63,864 nucleotides of DNA from an uncultured Acidimicrobiaceae bacterium (GTDB lineage: Bacteria > Actinomycetota > Acidimicrobiia > Acidimicrobiales > UBA10347), in NCBI GenBank assembly GCA_964513315.1, contig CAZEMU010000002.1:1-63864 (forward strand), given 5' to 3'. Below are positions 11,384-21,532 of this stretch, piece by piece. Numbering within the stretch: position 1 is the stretch's first letter; the number at the start of each line of letters is the position of its first letter. A program made the translations under genes and the position numbers. The notes under the pieces are model-generated. The model was given only the letters and a program-made list of their open reading frames with translations, was not told the origin of the DNA and did no database searches.

Positions 11384-11820
11384 GCATGCTTGATGTCGCA
11401 CGCGCCCACCTGAGCGTCGTCCCCGAACACGAACACGACCACGTCGAAGAGGCCGAGGGCACCCGCTCATTCCGCGTCATCGACGGGTTCGACCGGGCAG
11501 CACACTGGGCCCGGCTACTCGGCACGACGCTGCTCGTCACCTTTGTGATCGGACTCGTCGGCGCACTCGTCGTGCACGCATCCCTGATCGAAAACCAGCG
11601 GGCGCTTGACGACCAACGACGAGCAATCAGCGACATCGAGACGGACACCGAGGCACTTCGACACGAGCTTGCTGAGCTCGAAGCCCCTGCCCGGATCGTT
11701 GCTGAGGCTCGGGACCTCGGCATGATCGACGCCCCGGCAGTGACCTACCTGCAAATCCCAGGCGGACTTCTCGACGAGCGAACGATCATCGTCGCCGAGA
11801 ACCAACTCCAGACCGGATGA
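11380..11820 (+). CDS. ftsL: FtsL-like cell division protein (single TM + coiled coil)
   Basis: One TM helix (LLGTTLLVTFVIGLVGALVV) followed by a heptad-like segment. Sits between rsmH and ftsI with ATGA overlaps on both sides. Confidence 0.75.
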   Translation: MSMLDVARAHLSVVPEHEHDHVEEAEGTRSFRVIDGFDRAAHWARLLGTTLLVTFVIGLVGALVVHASLIENQRALDDQRRAISDIETDTEALRHELAELEAPARIVAEARDLGMIDAPAVTYLQIPGGLLDERTIIVAENQLQTG

Positions 11821-14084
11821 CCACCCGCACCCCCTCGCGCGACCGGCGCCGTTCCAACGAGAACGCGACGCGGTCCGGCTCGCGCACCCAGAGCGCTAGC
11901 CGTCGAACCGGACGGTCCGAACGTCCCGCTGCCCGTCGGGCGATGGAAGAGCGGGCGCGTGCGCAGCGCTCGGGCACGTCCACCAAGAACCGCACAACCC
12001 AGACGCGTGCCAAGAACCGCACAACCCAGGCTCGCTCAAGCCAGGCCAGAGCAACACAGTCGCGGGCGAAACGATCGCAGCCCCGTCCCGCCACAGGCGC
12101 TCGCCCCGCAGGGCGGCGCCTGTTGGCGGTGCTGCTGATCATCGTCGCATGCGCGGGCGCATTGGTCTACCGACTCGTCGACCTCCAGCTCAACAACGCC
12201 GAGACGTTCGTTGAGATCGGCCGCCAGCAGCGCTTCCGGACCGTGCAACTGGCCGGCGGTCGCGGCGACGTCCTCGACCGCAACGGCAACACCCTCGCCA
12301 CCTCGCTCCCGGCCACATCGTTCTTCGTCGATCCAGAGTTCGTCGAAGATCCCATCCGCGATGCTGCGCTTCTGGCGCCGCTGCTCGGTCGCTCTGAAGA
12401 GGACGTGCGCGAGCTGCTCAACCGCGACAGCCGCTTCGCCTGGCTGACCCGTCAGGTCAGCGACGCCACCGCAGCCCAGATTCTCGCCCTCGACATTCCC
12501 GGCGTGTTCACGACCGAAGAGCCGACCCGCTTCCATCCTTCTGGCACTGCGCTAGCACGTTCGGTGATCGGCAACGTCGACATCGACAGCCTCGGACTCA
12601 GCGGGGTCGAGATGATCCACAACGACCTGCTTGAGGGCAAGCCCGGCGAGCTATCGATCGAGATCGGCGTGAACGGCGATTGGATCCCTGGTGGTCCCGA
12701 GATCATCGAACCTGCCGTCCCTGGCGCCGACGTGGTGCTCACGCTCGACCGGTCCCTGCAGTTCGAAGTCGAACGAGTGCTGACCCGTCAGGTCGAAGCA
12801 ATGGACGCCCGCGGCGGCGTCGTGCTCGTCACCGAACCATCGACCGGCGAGATCCTCGCCATGGCCAACGTCGTCCGCAATGACGAAGGCCAGGTCGTCT
12901 CGACCTCGCTGAACATGGCAACGAGCTGGGCATTCGAGCCAGGCTCGGTCATGAAGGCAATGACCTTCGCCGGTGTGCTCGATGCAGACATCGCCGACAC
13001 GACGTCACGCATGACGGTCAACGACACCTTCGAGCTGTACGACGCCGTGTTCACCGACTCGACGCCCCACGCTCCGGCTGACTGGACGGTTTCGGACATC
13101 GTCACCGTGTCCTCGAACGTCGGCACGATCCACTGGGCCGAACGGCTCGGCGGCGCACGACTCGACCACTACCTCCGTTCGTTTGGCTTTGGCCGGTCGA
13201 CCGAACTCGGCTTCCCGGGCGAAACGTCTGGTCTGATGATCGAGCCCGACATCTGGGGCGGTGTCGCCACCGCGACAACCGCACTCGGGCAGGGCATCTC
13301 GGTGACGCCGGCGCAGATGATCGCGGCCTACAACGCCATCGCGAACGACGGTGTCTATACGCCGCTGCAGCTCGTGCGAGAGGTTGTGCGCAGCGACGGC
13401 ACGCACGAAGTTCCTGCTCCGCCCGAACAGCACCGAGTTGTGTCGAGCGAGACCGCCGTCCAGGTCCAGGCCATGCTCGAAAGCGCCGTCTCGGTCGGTA
13501 CCGGCACCAACGCCCAGGTCGAGGGCTACCGAGTGGCCGGCAAGACGGGTACGGCCCGCAAGGCACTCGACGGGGCCGCGGGCTACGAAGACGGCGCCGG
13601 CAACTTCCGCTATATCGCAAGCTTCGCTGGGTTCCTGCCTGCCGACGATCCGCAACTGTCGATTCTGGTCACGATCGATCAGCCGACGGCAACGATCTAT
13701 GCCGGCCACGCCGCTGCACCTGCGTTCGCCGACATTGCGACGTTCGCCGTTCGTCACCTCAAGATCGCACCGCCCGCAACCGTTGGTGCGCAGCACAATG
13801 CCGTGCACGTTCCTGATCGACTCGAAGAACGAGTAACTGGTGAAGTCGCCCAAGTTCCGGTCCCCGAGATCCCCGTGGTCGTCGAGGCTCAGACGGATAC
13901 CGCACCGCCCGCAGCACTCCCCGAGGTTGACGCCGCTCCCGCTGCCAGCCCCGCTCCTGTTGCCGACGCAGTACCCGCAGCGACTGAGCAACCAGCTCCG
14001 GCAGTACCGATTGGGCAAGGCGTCGCACCCCAGCCGGTCGAGGCGTCTGGATTCGGAGATGTCGCCGTTGAGGAACAGGGCTAG
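11817..14084 (+). CDS. ftsI: class B penicillin-binding protein / peptidoglycan D,D-transpeptidase FtsI
   Basis: SxxK (GSVMK), SxN (SSN), KTG(T) (AGKTGTA). About 100-aa Arg/Thr-rich cytoplasmic tail, one TM, and a Pro/Ala-rich C-terminal extension. Confidence 0.92.
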   Translation: MTTRTPSRDRRRSNENATRSGSRTQSASRRTGRSERPAARRAMEERARAQRSGTSTKNRTTQTRAKNRTTQARSSQARATQSRAKRSQPRPATGARPAGRRLLAVLLIIVACAGALVYRLVDLQLNNAETFVEIGRQQRFRTVQLAGGRGDVLDRNGNTLATSLPATSFFVDPEFVEDPIRDAALLAPLLGRSEEDVRELLNRDSRFAWLTRQVSDATAAQILALDIPGVFTTEEPTRFHPSGTALARSVIGNVDIDSLGLSGVEMIHNDLLEGKPGELSIEIGVNGDWIPGGPEIIEPAVPGADVVLTLDRSLQFEVERVLTRQVEAMDARGGVVLVTEPSTGEILAMANVVRNDEGQVVSTSLNMATSWAFEPGSVMKAMTFAGVLDADIADTTSRMTVNDTFELYDAVFTDSTPHAPADWTVSDIVTVSSNVGTIHWAERLGGARLDHYLRSFGFGRSTELGFPGETSGLMIEPDIWGGVATATTALGQGISVTPAQMIAAYNAIANDGVYTPLQLVREVVRSDGTHEVPAPPEQHRVVSSETAVQVQAMLESAVSVGTGTNAQVEGYRVAGKTGTARKALDGAAGYEDGAGNFRYIASFAGFLPADDPQLSILVTIDQPTATIYAGHAAAPAFADIATFAVRHLKIAPPATVGAQHNAVHVPDRLEERVTGEVAQVPVPEIPVVVEAQTDTAPPAALPEVDAAPAASPAPVADAVPAATEQPAPAVPIGQGVAPQPVEASGFGDVAVEEQG

Positions 14085-14086
14085 TC

Positions 14087-15529
14087 GTGCACCTGGCCGA
14101 GGTCATCGACGACCTTCGTAACGCTGGCTTCGAGGCCGAGGTCCGAAGCAACGGCGATGACGGCACCCCCGGTACTGCGGCCACTGGCAACCTCACCGAC
14201 GCCACCCACGACTCCCGCCAAGCAGCTCCCGGCGTGGTCTTCTGCGCCGTGCCTGGTGCAACGTTCGATGGCCACGACTTCGCGTCGAGCGCAGTGACTG
14301 CCGGGTCCACGACGCTGCTCGTCAATCGCTGGGTCGACGCTGACGCAACCCAGATCCGAGTCGCCGACGTCCGCGCTGCGATGCCCGTCGTTGCATCAAG
14401 CGTGCACGGCAACCCCAGCCGTGAGCTCGCCGTGTTCGGGATCACGGGCACGAACGGCAAGACCACGACGACGAACCTGCTGGCCTCGATCATGCGGGCC
14501 GTCGGCTCCAACGTCGCCGTGATTGGCACGCTGTCTGGCCTCCATACGACGCCCGAGGCAACCGACTTCCAACGACGCCTGCGTCAGGCGGTCACCAACG
14601 GCGTCGACGTCATCGCCGCCGAAATCTCATCGCACGCGCTGGAACAGCACCGGGCCGACTCGATCGAGTTCGCCGTCGCTGCGTTCTCGAACCTGACGCC
14701 CGATCACCTCGACTACCACCACACGATGGAGTCGTACTTCGAGGCCAAGGCTCGACTGTTCGATGGCCGCGCCACGCACGAACTCATCAACGTCGACGAC
14801 GAGTGGGGCGCACGTCTGGCCGCCGGCCGTTCCGATGCGCAGACGCTTTCGCTCAACGATGTTCAGATCCTCGAAGCCGGAGCTACCGGAACAACGTTCG
14901 AGTGGCGCACCCACCAGGTGCACCTGCCGATTCCCGGCGACATGAACGTGGCCAACGCACTGATGGCCGCCGAAGCGGCACTGCTGCTCGGCGCCGACGG
15001 TGCCGCCATCGCAACTGCTCTCGGTGTGACGCCGCAGGTTCCTGGCCGTATGGAACGGGTCGAAGCGACCGCTGCCGTCACTGCGATCGTCGACTACTCG
15101 CACACGCCCGACAGCATCGATCGTGCGCTCGCTTCGATTCGCACAAGCTCGCCCGACGCGTCGGTCACGATCGTGTTCGGATGCGGCGGAGACCGTGATC
15201 GAACGAAGCGTCCGCTCATGGGTCGTGCCGCCGAAGCAGGCGCTGACCTCGTGATCGTGACGAGCGACAACCCCCGGTCTGAAGATCCCCAGACGATCAT
15301 CGACGAAGCCGTCGCTGGCATGGCAAACCCCGGGGCCGCGATCGTTGAAGTCGACCGGCGTGCTGCAATCGCAGTCGCAATCGAACAGACCCCAGTCGGC
15401 GGCGTCATTCTCATTGCAGGAAAAGGACACGAGCGCACCCAGACGATCGGCGACGCTGTGTTGCCGTTCGACGACGTGGCCGTCGCCCGAGAACTGCTCG
15501 AACTTGCTCCCGGAGCTTCCGCCCGATGA
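14087..15529 (+). CDS. murE: UDP-MurNAc-L-Ala-D-Glu:meso-DAP ligase MurE
   Basis: GITGTNGKTTTT P-loop and a DNPRSEDP (DNPR) DAP-specificity motif. Confidence 0.93.
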   Translation: MHLAEVIDDLRNAGFEAEVRSNGDDGTPGTAATGNLTDATHDSRQAAPGVVFCAVPGATFDGHDFASSAVTAGSTTLLVNRWVDADATQIRVADVRAAMPVVASSVHGNPSRELAVFGITGTNGKTTTTNLLASIMRAVGSNVAVIGTLSGLHTTPEATDFQRRLRQAVTNGVDVIAAEISSHALEQHRADSIEFAVAAFSNLTPDHLDYHHTMESYFEAKARLFDGRATHELINVDDEWGARLAAGRSDAQTLSLNDVQILEAGATGTTFEWRTHQVHLPIPGDMNVANALMAAEAALLLGADGAAIATALGVTPQVPGRMERVEATAAVTAIVDYSHTPDSIDRALASIRTSSPDASVTIVFGCGGDRDRTKRPLMGRAAEAGADLVIVTSDNPRSEDPQTIIDEAVAGMANPGAAIVEVDRRAAIAVAIEQTPVGGVILIAGKGHERTQTIGDAVLPFDDVAVARELLELAPGASAR

Positions 15530-16563
15530 TTCGCCTCCTCCTCGCCACCGCCATCGGCTTGCTGATCTCGCTGTTCGGCACCCGCTACTTGATCCGCTGG
15601 CTGACCCAGCGAAGTGTGGCCCAACCCATCCAAGACGACGGTGTGCAGATGCACCGTGAGACCAAGGCAGGCACGCCGACCATGGGTGGCATCGCCATCG
15701 TGCTCGCCATCGCGATTGCGTACGTGATCAGCGACCTCTACAACGGCATCTACACCCGCAGCGGCCTGCTGGTCCTGTTTGCGATCGTTGGCTCGGGTGT
15801 CGTTGGTTTCGCCGACGACTGGATCAAGGTCCGCCGCGAACGCAACCTCGGCCTCCGAGCCCGTACCAAGGCCACGGGTCAGCTCATCATCGCCGTCGTC
15901 TTCGCCGTGGGCATGGTCACGCTGACCGATGTCCACACCGAGGTCTCGTTCACCCGCTGGGACTCGATCGGTATCGATCTCGGTCCGATCGGCTGGTGCA
16001 TCTGGGCCGTGCTGTTGATCGTGGGCACGAGTAATGCAGTGAACCTGACCGACGGCCTCGACGGCCTCGCCGGTGGAGCCTCGCTATTGGCCTACTCGTG
16101 CTTCACCGCGATGGCGTTCTGGATGTTCGGCAACTTCGACATCTACGACGTTCCCCACGCACTCGACCTGGCCGTCATCGCCGCGGCGGCTGTCGGCGCC
16201 TGCGCTGGCTTCCTCTGGTGGAACGCGGCTCCGGCACAGATCTTCATGGGCGACACCGGCAGCCTTGCGCTCGGCACCGGCCTCGCAGCGCTCGCGCTCG
16301 CAACCAACACGCACCTGCTGCTCCCGATCCTCGGCGCACTCTTCGTCGCCGAGACGCTTTCGGTCATGATCCAGGTCGCCGTGTTCAAGCGAACCGGCAA
16401 GCGCGTCTTCCGCATCGCTCCGATCCATCACCACTTCGAAATGCTCGGCTGGCCCGAGACCCGCGTCATCATCCGCTTCTGGCTGCTCGCCGGTTTCGCC
16501 GCCGCCATGGCGCTCGGCCTGTTCTACGCCGACTTCCTCTCCATCCCCGGATCGGTGGGCTGA
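15526..16563 (+). CDS. mraY: phospho-N-acetylmuramoyl-pentapeptide transferase MraY
   Basis: NAVNLTDGLDGLA, FMGDTGSLALG, HHHFE motifs; 10-TM profile. ATGA overlap with murE. Confidence 0.95.
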   Translation: MIRLLLATAIGLLISLFGTRYLIRWLTQRSVAQPIQDDGVQMHRETKAGTPTMGGIAIVLAIAIAYVISDLYNGIYTRSGLLVLFAIVGSGVVGFADDWIKVRRERNLGLRARTKATGQLIIAVVFAVGMVTLTDVHTEVSFTRWDSIGIDLGPIGWCIWAVLLIVGTSNAVNLTDGLDGLAGGASLLAYSCFTAMAFWMFGNFDIYDVPHALDLAVIAAAAVGACAGFLWWNAAPAQIFMGDTGSLALGTGLAALALATNTHLLLPILGALFVAETLSVMIQVAVFKRTGKRVFRIAPIHHHFEMLGWPETRVIIRFWLLAGFAAAMALGLFYADFLSIPGSVG

Positions 16564-16564
16564 G

Positions 16565-17881
16565 ATGAAGGCCGTCCTGATGGGTATGGGCGTCACCGGA
16601 CGCGCCGTCGCTGACGCGCTGCTCGCACGCGGGCATGGCGTCGTCGCATTCGACGACCGCCCGAGCGACGCCGTGCACACTTGGGCTGCCGACAACAACG
16701 TGTCGGTCATCACGCCTGGCGCCGACGACGTCTCGACCGCGCTGGCCTCGGCCGACGTCGCCATTCCTGCGCCCGGTCTGCCTGACACACACTCCTTCTT
16801 CGCCGATGCCGCATCCGCAGGCGTCGACATCGTGAGCGAGTTCGACCTCGCCGCTGCATGGGACGCACGGCCGTGCGTCGCCGTTACCGGCACCGACGGC
16901 AAGACGACCGTCGTCAACCTCATCGACCAAATGCTCACCGCCAGCGGCGTGAGCAGTGCGATGGTCGGCAACACCGACACGCCCTGGGTCACCGCCATCG
17001 ATGACGCCTCGACCGACGTGTTTGTTGTCGAAGCATCCTCGTTCCGACTTGCCCACAGCCGACGGTTCGCTCCGCAGGTCGCGGTCTGGCTGAACTTCGG
17101 TCCTGACCACCTCGACGCACACCGGTCCCTCAAGGAGTACGAAGCCGCCAAAGCCTCGATCTTCGACCACGTCCCCAGCAACGGTCTCGTGATCGCCAAC
17201 CGCGACGATGAGATCGTGGCGCGCTACGCCGCCGAGGTCACCCACACCACGGTCGAAACCTTCGGCCTCGACGACGGCGCCCATGGCGTGTCGGACAGGA
17301 ACCTCGTCGTAGGCGGCGAACCGCTGCTCCCGATCGACGATCTCGTCCGGGCGTTGCCTCACGATCAAGCCAACGCCCTCGCTGCATCAGCAGCAGCGCT
17401 GGCCATCGGCGCAACCCGAGAGGGCGCCGCCACGGCACTGCGCAACTTCGAAGGACTCGAACACCGCGTCGAGTTCGTGCTCGAACACGACGGCGTTCGC
17501 TGGTTCAACGACTCCAAAGCCACCACACCACACGCATCAGAAGCCGGACTGTCCGGCTTCGACTCGGTCGTCCTCCTCGCCGGAGGTCGCAACAAGGGCC
17601 TGTCGTTCGACGGACTCGCCTCTCAAGGCGAACGGCTACGTCATGTCGTCGCACTCGGCGAGTCGGCCGACCTCATCGTCGAGGTCTTCGACGGCATTGC
17701 GCCAACGACGACAGCCACATCTATGTCTGAGGCCGTCGAACAGGCAGATGCTGCCGCACAGCCGGGCGACGTCGTTCTGCTGTCGCCGGCATGTGCGTCG
17801 TTCGATTGGTACCGCAACTACGGAGCGCGAGGCGATGACTTCAAGCGCCTCGTTCGTGAACGATTCGAGGGGAATCGATGA
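16565..17881 (+). CDS. murD: UDP-MurNAc-L-Ala:D-Glu ligase MurD
   Basis: VTGTDGKTTVV P-loop, Mur ligase layout, position after mraY. Confidence 0.92.
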   Translation: MKAVLMGMGVTGRAVADALLARGHGVVAFDDRPSDAVHTWAADNNVSVITPGADDVSTALASADVAIPAPGLPDTHSFFADAASAGVDIVSEFDLAAAWDARPCVAVTGTDGKTTVVNLIDQMLTASGVSSAMVGNTDTPWVTAIDDASTDVFVVEASSFRLAHSRRFAPQVAVWLNFGPDHLDAHRSLKEYEAAKASIFDHVPSNGLVIANRDDEIVARYAAEVTHTTVETFGLDDGAHGVSDRNLVVGGEPLLPIDDLVRALPHDQANALAASAAALAIGATREGAATALRNFEGLEHRVEFVLEHDGVRWFNDSKATTPHASEAGLSGFDSVVLLAGGRNKGLSFDGLASQGERLRHVVALGESADLIVEVFDGIAPTTTATSMSEAVEQADAAAQPGDVVLLSPACASFDWYRNYGARGDDFKRLVRERFEGNR

Positions 17882-19092
17882 CTGCAACGCGAACCGGACG
17901 CCGAGCCCAAACCCGGGGTTCTGCAACCCGCGCCAAAGGCCGCTCGGGCACGTCAACGCGTTGGTGGACCCCGCTCCGCAACCCGAGCGTCGTGCCGGGT
18001 CGCCGCACCGTCGAGTTCGCTGGCCTGCTCGTGCTGACCCTGGCGCTGACCTTCATCGGCCTGATGATGGTGCTGTCCGCCTCGGCCGTCACCGGTCTCG
18101 ACGACGCCGGCAGCCCCTGGTTCTACCTGCAGCGCCAAGGCATGTGGGCCGCCATTGGCCTCGCCGTGATGATGGTCGTCATGCGCCTGGACTACCGCGA
18201 CCTCGCCAAGATGTCGCCCGTGCTGCTCGTCGCCACGCTCGCATTGCTGCTGCTCGTGCTCATCCCTTCGGTCGGCGTGTCAGCCAACGGTGCTCGACGC
18301 TGGTTGAGCTTCGGACCGTTCACGCTCCAGCCATCAGAATTCGCCAAGCTCAGCCTGACGTTGTTCGTCGCTGATCTGCTTGCCCGGCGCTCGCATCTGG
18401 CGCACGACAACCGCCAAGTCCTCGCACCGGTGCTTGCCCTCGCCCTCGGCATGGCTGCACTCGTCTTGCTCCAGCCCAGCCAGGGGACGGCAACCATCCT
18501 CGTGGCAATCGCGATGATCCTGTTGTTCCTCGGCGGCGTATCGATCTGGTCGCTCGGCACGGTCACCATCGGTCTCAGCGGCGCGTTCGTCGCCCTCGCC
18601 GTACTCACCCCATATCGCCGGGCCCGCCTGAACGTCTGGGGCGATCCCTTCATCGACCCCGAAGGCGCTGGCTACCAAACCGTCCAGTCGCTGGTCGGCG
18701 TCGCCTCAGGCGGCATCGACGGCGTCGGCCTCGGCGAAGGCCGAGCCAAGTGGGGCTTCCTGCCGTTCGCCCACACCGACTTCATCTTCAGCGTCGTGGC
18801 CGAGGAACTCGGCTTCATCGGCGGCGTGGCCCTCGTCATGTTCTTCGTCCTGCTCGTCGGCTTCGGACTCCGAGTGGCGTTCAAAGCTCCCGATCGGCTC
18901 GGCATGATGCTGGCCGCCGGCATCACGACCGCAATCGCCATGCAGGCCTTCATCAATATCGGAGCGACCATCAACATGTTGCCGATCAGTGGCGTCACGC
19001 TGCCGTTCGTCTCGATGGGTGGCTCCTCGCTTGTCGTGAACTTGGCGGCGATGGGCGTCGTGCTCAACGTCTCAAGACATACCGAAGGCTGA
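17878..19092 (+). CDS. ftsW: SEDS-family peptidoglycan glycosyltransferase FtsW
   Basis: Polytopic FtsW/RodA/SpoVE profile (PSEFAKL, GEGRAKWGFLPFAHTDFIF). ATGA overlap with murD. Confidence 0.9.
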   Translation: MTATRTGRRAQTRGSATRAKGRSGTSTRWWTPLRNPSVVPGRRTVEFAGLLVLTLALTFIGLMMVLSASAVTGLDDAGSPWFYLQRQGMWAAIGLAVMMVVMRLDYRDLAKMSPVLLVATLALLLLVLIPSVGVSANGARRWLSFGPFTLQPSEFAKLSLTLFVADLLARRSHLAHDNRQVLAPVLALALGMAALVLLQPSQGTATILVAIAMILLFLGGVSIWSLGTVTIGLSGAFVALAVLTPYRRARLNVWGDPFIDPEGAGYQTVQSLVGVASGGIDGVGLGEGRAKWGFLPFAHTDFIFSVVAEELGFIGGVALVMFFVLLVGFGLRVAFKAPDRLGMMLAAGITTAIAMQAFINIGATINMLPISGVTLPFVSMGGSSLVVNLAAMGVVLNVSRHTEG

Positions 19093-19096
19093 CCAC

Positions 19097-21532
19097 GTGT
19101 CCGGCGAGTTCGAAGCGCTCAGACCCACGGTTCGTGTCGTCGATCTGACGCGCCCGCAACGCGTCCACATCCTCGGTATCGGAGGCGCTGGCATGCGTGC
19201 CATTGCACGCGTGCTGCTGGCGATGGGACACACCGTGAGCGGCACCGACCGGGCCGCATCGGAACACGTCGACGCGCTCATCGAGCTCGGAGCGAGTGTC
19301 AAGGTCGGCCATGACCATCCGCTGCCTGCGGTCGATGTCGTGACGCGCTCAACCGCCGTGCCCGACGACAACCCCGAGGTGCTCGCCGCTCGTGCGAGCG
19401 GCATCGCTGTTCTGGCCCGAGCCGAGATGCTCACCGCCATCAGCGCCGCGCAGCCGTCGATCCTCGTCGCTGGCACCCATGGGAAGACGACGACGTCATC
19501 GATGCTCGCCGTGGTGCTCGACGCGGCCGGACGCAACCCGTCGTTCATCATCGGATCCGACGTGGCCTGGTTCGAGACCGGCGCACGGTGGATGCCAGAG
19601 ACCGAGATGGTCATCGAAGCCGACGAGAGCGACGGCACGTTCCTGGCGTTGCAGGGAGCGCACGCCATCGTCACGTCGCTCGATCCCGATCACCTCGAGT
19701 ACTACGGGTCACAGGAAAACCTCGATGCTGCGTTCGTCGCATTCGTCGAGGGCATCGACGGTGTCACTGCCGTCTGTATCGATGACGCCGACACCGGCCC
19801 GCTGATCGAGCTGTCCGGCGTTGTCACCTATGGCACCCATGCCGATGGCGACCTTCGCATCTCCAATATCACTGTCGACCGGCTGACGACGCACATGGAA
19901 CTGTCGTGGCGCGGCGAGTCACTCGGCCGATTCAGCGTCGGGCTCCCGGGTCACCACAATGCCCTCAACGCCGCGGGTGCTGCCGCAGTCGCACTGTCGC
20001 TCGACGTCGCCGTCGATGCAGTGCGCGACGGCCTGAGCGGCTTCGACGGTGTTGCCCGCCGATTCGAACAACGGGGCCGTGCTGGGGGAGTCACGTTCGT
20101 CGATGACTACGCACACCTCCCCGCCGAAGTCGAAGCGGCCATCGCGACCGCAACTGCCGGCGGCTGGTCACGAGTGATCGCCGCCTACCAGCCCCACCGC
20201 TACTCACGGACCCAGCTGCTCGGCCACACCTTCGCCAACTCGTTCGGCGCCGCCGATCACTTGGTTCTGGCCGGCATCTATCCCTCGGGTGAAGCCCCTC
20301 GCGAAGGCGTCACTGGCCGGATCCTTTTCGACGCCGTTACCGAGGCGACTCCTGATCTTGCGGTCACCTACGGCGAGACACTCGATGACGTCACTCGGGC
20401 GCTCGCTGCGGAACTACGTCGCGGAGATCTCTGCCTGACGCTCGGCGCCGGCGACCTGACGACGGTCCCGACCCGGCTCATCGCACTGCGCCACGCCACC
20501 TGGGCGGCGGAGCTCGATGCCTCGCTGATCGCCAGCAAGGTCAGCGTCAACGAGCCGCTCGGTCCTCGCACGACGTATCGCGTCGGGGGAGCGGCCCGCA
20601 CGTTTGTCGACGTCACCAACGCGGCCGACCTCGAAACGGTGGCGTCGCTGGCTCGTGACATCGACGAGCCGATCCTCGTCATCGGACGCGGCTCCAACCT
20701 GCTCGTCGCCGATGCCGGTTTCGACGGCGTGGCCATCGCGCTCTCGGGTGAGTTCGAGCAGGTCTCGATCTCCGACAACATCGTCGTCGCCGGGGCGGCC
20801 GTTCCGCTGCCGGCGCTTGCCCGTCAGACCGTCGCCGCGGGTCTTGCCGGTTTCGAATGGGCTGTTGGCGTTCCCGGAAGCATCGGCGGCGCCATCACCA
20901 TGAACGCCGGAGGCCACGGCTCCGACATGGCCGCATCGGTCATCAGCGTTCGGGTACTTGACGCCTCGACGGGCACCGTCGAAACGTGGGATCCGGAACG
21001 ACTCGCATTCGCCTATCGCGAGTCGGCGATTGCGTCTCACCACCTCGTGATCGATGCAACGCTGCAGCTGGAAGCTGGCGATGCCGAAGCCGGCTCCCGG
21101 CTCTTGAGCGAGATCGTGCATTGGCGTCGCGAACACCAACCGGGTGGCCAGAACGCCGGATCCGTTTTCACGAACCCCGATGGGGACAGCGCGGGTCGGC
21201 TGATCGACGCAGCTGGCGGCAAAGGCCTCCGCGTCGGCACTGCCGAGATCAGTACGAAGCACGCCAACTTCATCCAAGCCGACGTCGACGGATCGGCGAA
21301 CGATGTGTTCGAGGTCATGCGAGCTGCCGCCCAACTGGTCGAAGCTTCGACCGGTATCCGGCTGCATGCCGAGACCCGCCTCGTCGGGTTTCCCCCATTG
21401 CGGTCCTCCCGTCGAAGCGTTGTGCCCGCGACAATGTCAGGCGACGCACCGTCCATTCAACGAAGCGATCCGGCCAACGGCGGCCCAGGATCGTCGAGCA
21501 CCGAGTCCATCGCAGACCGAGGGGAATCGTGA
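19097..21532 (+). CDS. murC/murB: fused UDP-MurNAc:L-Ala ligase (MurC) and UDP-N-acetylenolpyruvoylglucosamine reductase (MurB)
   Basis: The N-terminal ~470 aa are MurC (ILGIGGAGM, AGTHGKTTTSS). The C-terminal ~300 aa are MurB (TYRVGGAA, IGRGSNLL, GSVFTNP, KHANFI). One uninterrupted 811-aa frame. Confidence 0.9.
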   Translation: MSGEFEALRPTVRVVDLTRPQRVHILGIGGAGMRAIARVLLAMGHTVSGTDRAASEHVDALIELGASVKVGHDHPLPAVDVVTRSTAVPDDNPEVLAARASGIAVLARAEMLTAISAAQPSILVAGTHGKTTTSSMLAVVLDAAGRNPSFIIGSDVAWFETGARWMPETEMVIEADESDGTFLALQGAHAIVTSLDPDHLEYYGSQENLDAAFVAFVEGIDGVTAVCIDDADTGPLIELSGVVTYGTHADGDLRISNITVDRLTTHMELSWRGESLGRFSVGLPGHHNALNAAGAAAVALSLDVAVDAVRDGLSGFDGVARRFEQRGRAGGVTFVDDYAHLPAEVEAAIATATAGGWSRVIAAYQPHRYSRTQLLGHTFANSFGAADHLVLAGIYPSGEAPREGVTGRILFDAVTEATPDLAVTYGETLDDVTRALAAELRRGDLCLTLGAGDLTTVPTRLIALRHATWAAELDASLIASKVSVNEPLGPRTTYRVGGAARTFVDVTNAADLETVASLARDIDEPILVIGRGSNLLVADAGFDGVAIALSGEFEQVSISDNIVVAGAAVPLPALARQTVAAGLAGFEWAVGVPGSIGGAITMNAGGHGSDMAASVISVRVLDASTGTVETWDPERLAFAYRESAIASHHLVIDATLQLEAGDAEAGSRLLSEIVHWRREHQPGGQNAGSVFTNPDGDSAGRLIDAAGGKGLRVGTAEISTKHANFIQADVDGSANDVFEVMRAAAQLVEASTGIRLHAETRLVGFPPLRSSRRSVVPATMSGDAPSIQRSDPANGGPGSSSTESIADRGES

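Noticed and set aside
20986-21528. Long FtsQ ORF (20986..22305), and similarly long ORFs for trpC (58979..), the ygfZ-like gene (58140..), lspA (31003..), the dksA-like gene (30489..), ileS (..30855), moxR (..7745) and sepF (24965..)
   Set aside because: The upstream parts overlap the preceding gene in another frame and look non-protein-like. Internal starts that form ATGA/GTGA overlaps or follow an SD give family-typical N-termini.
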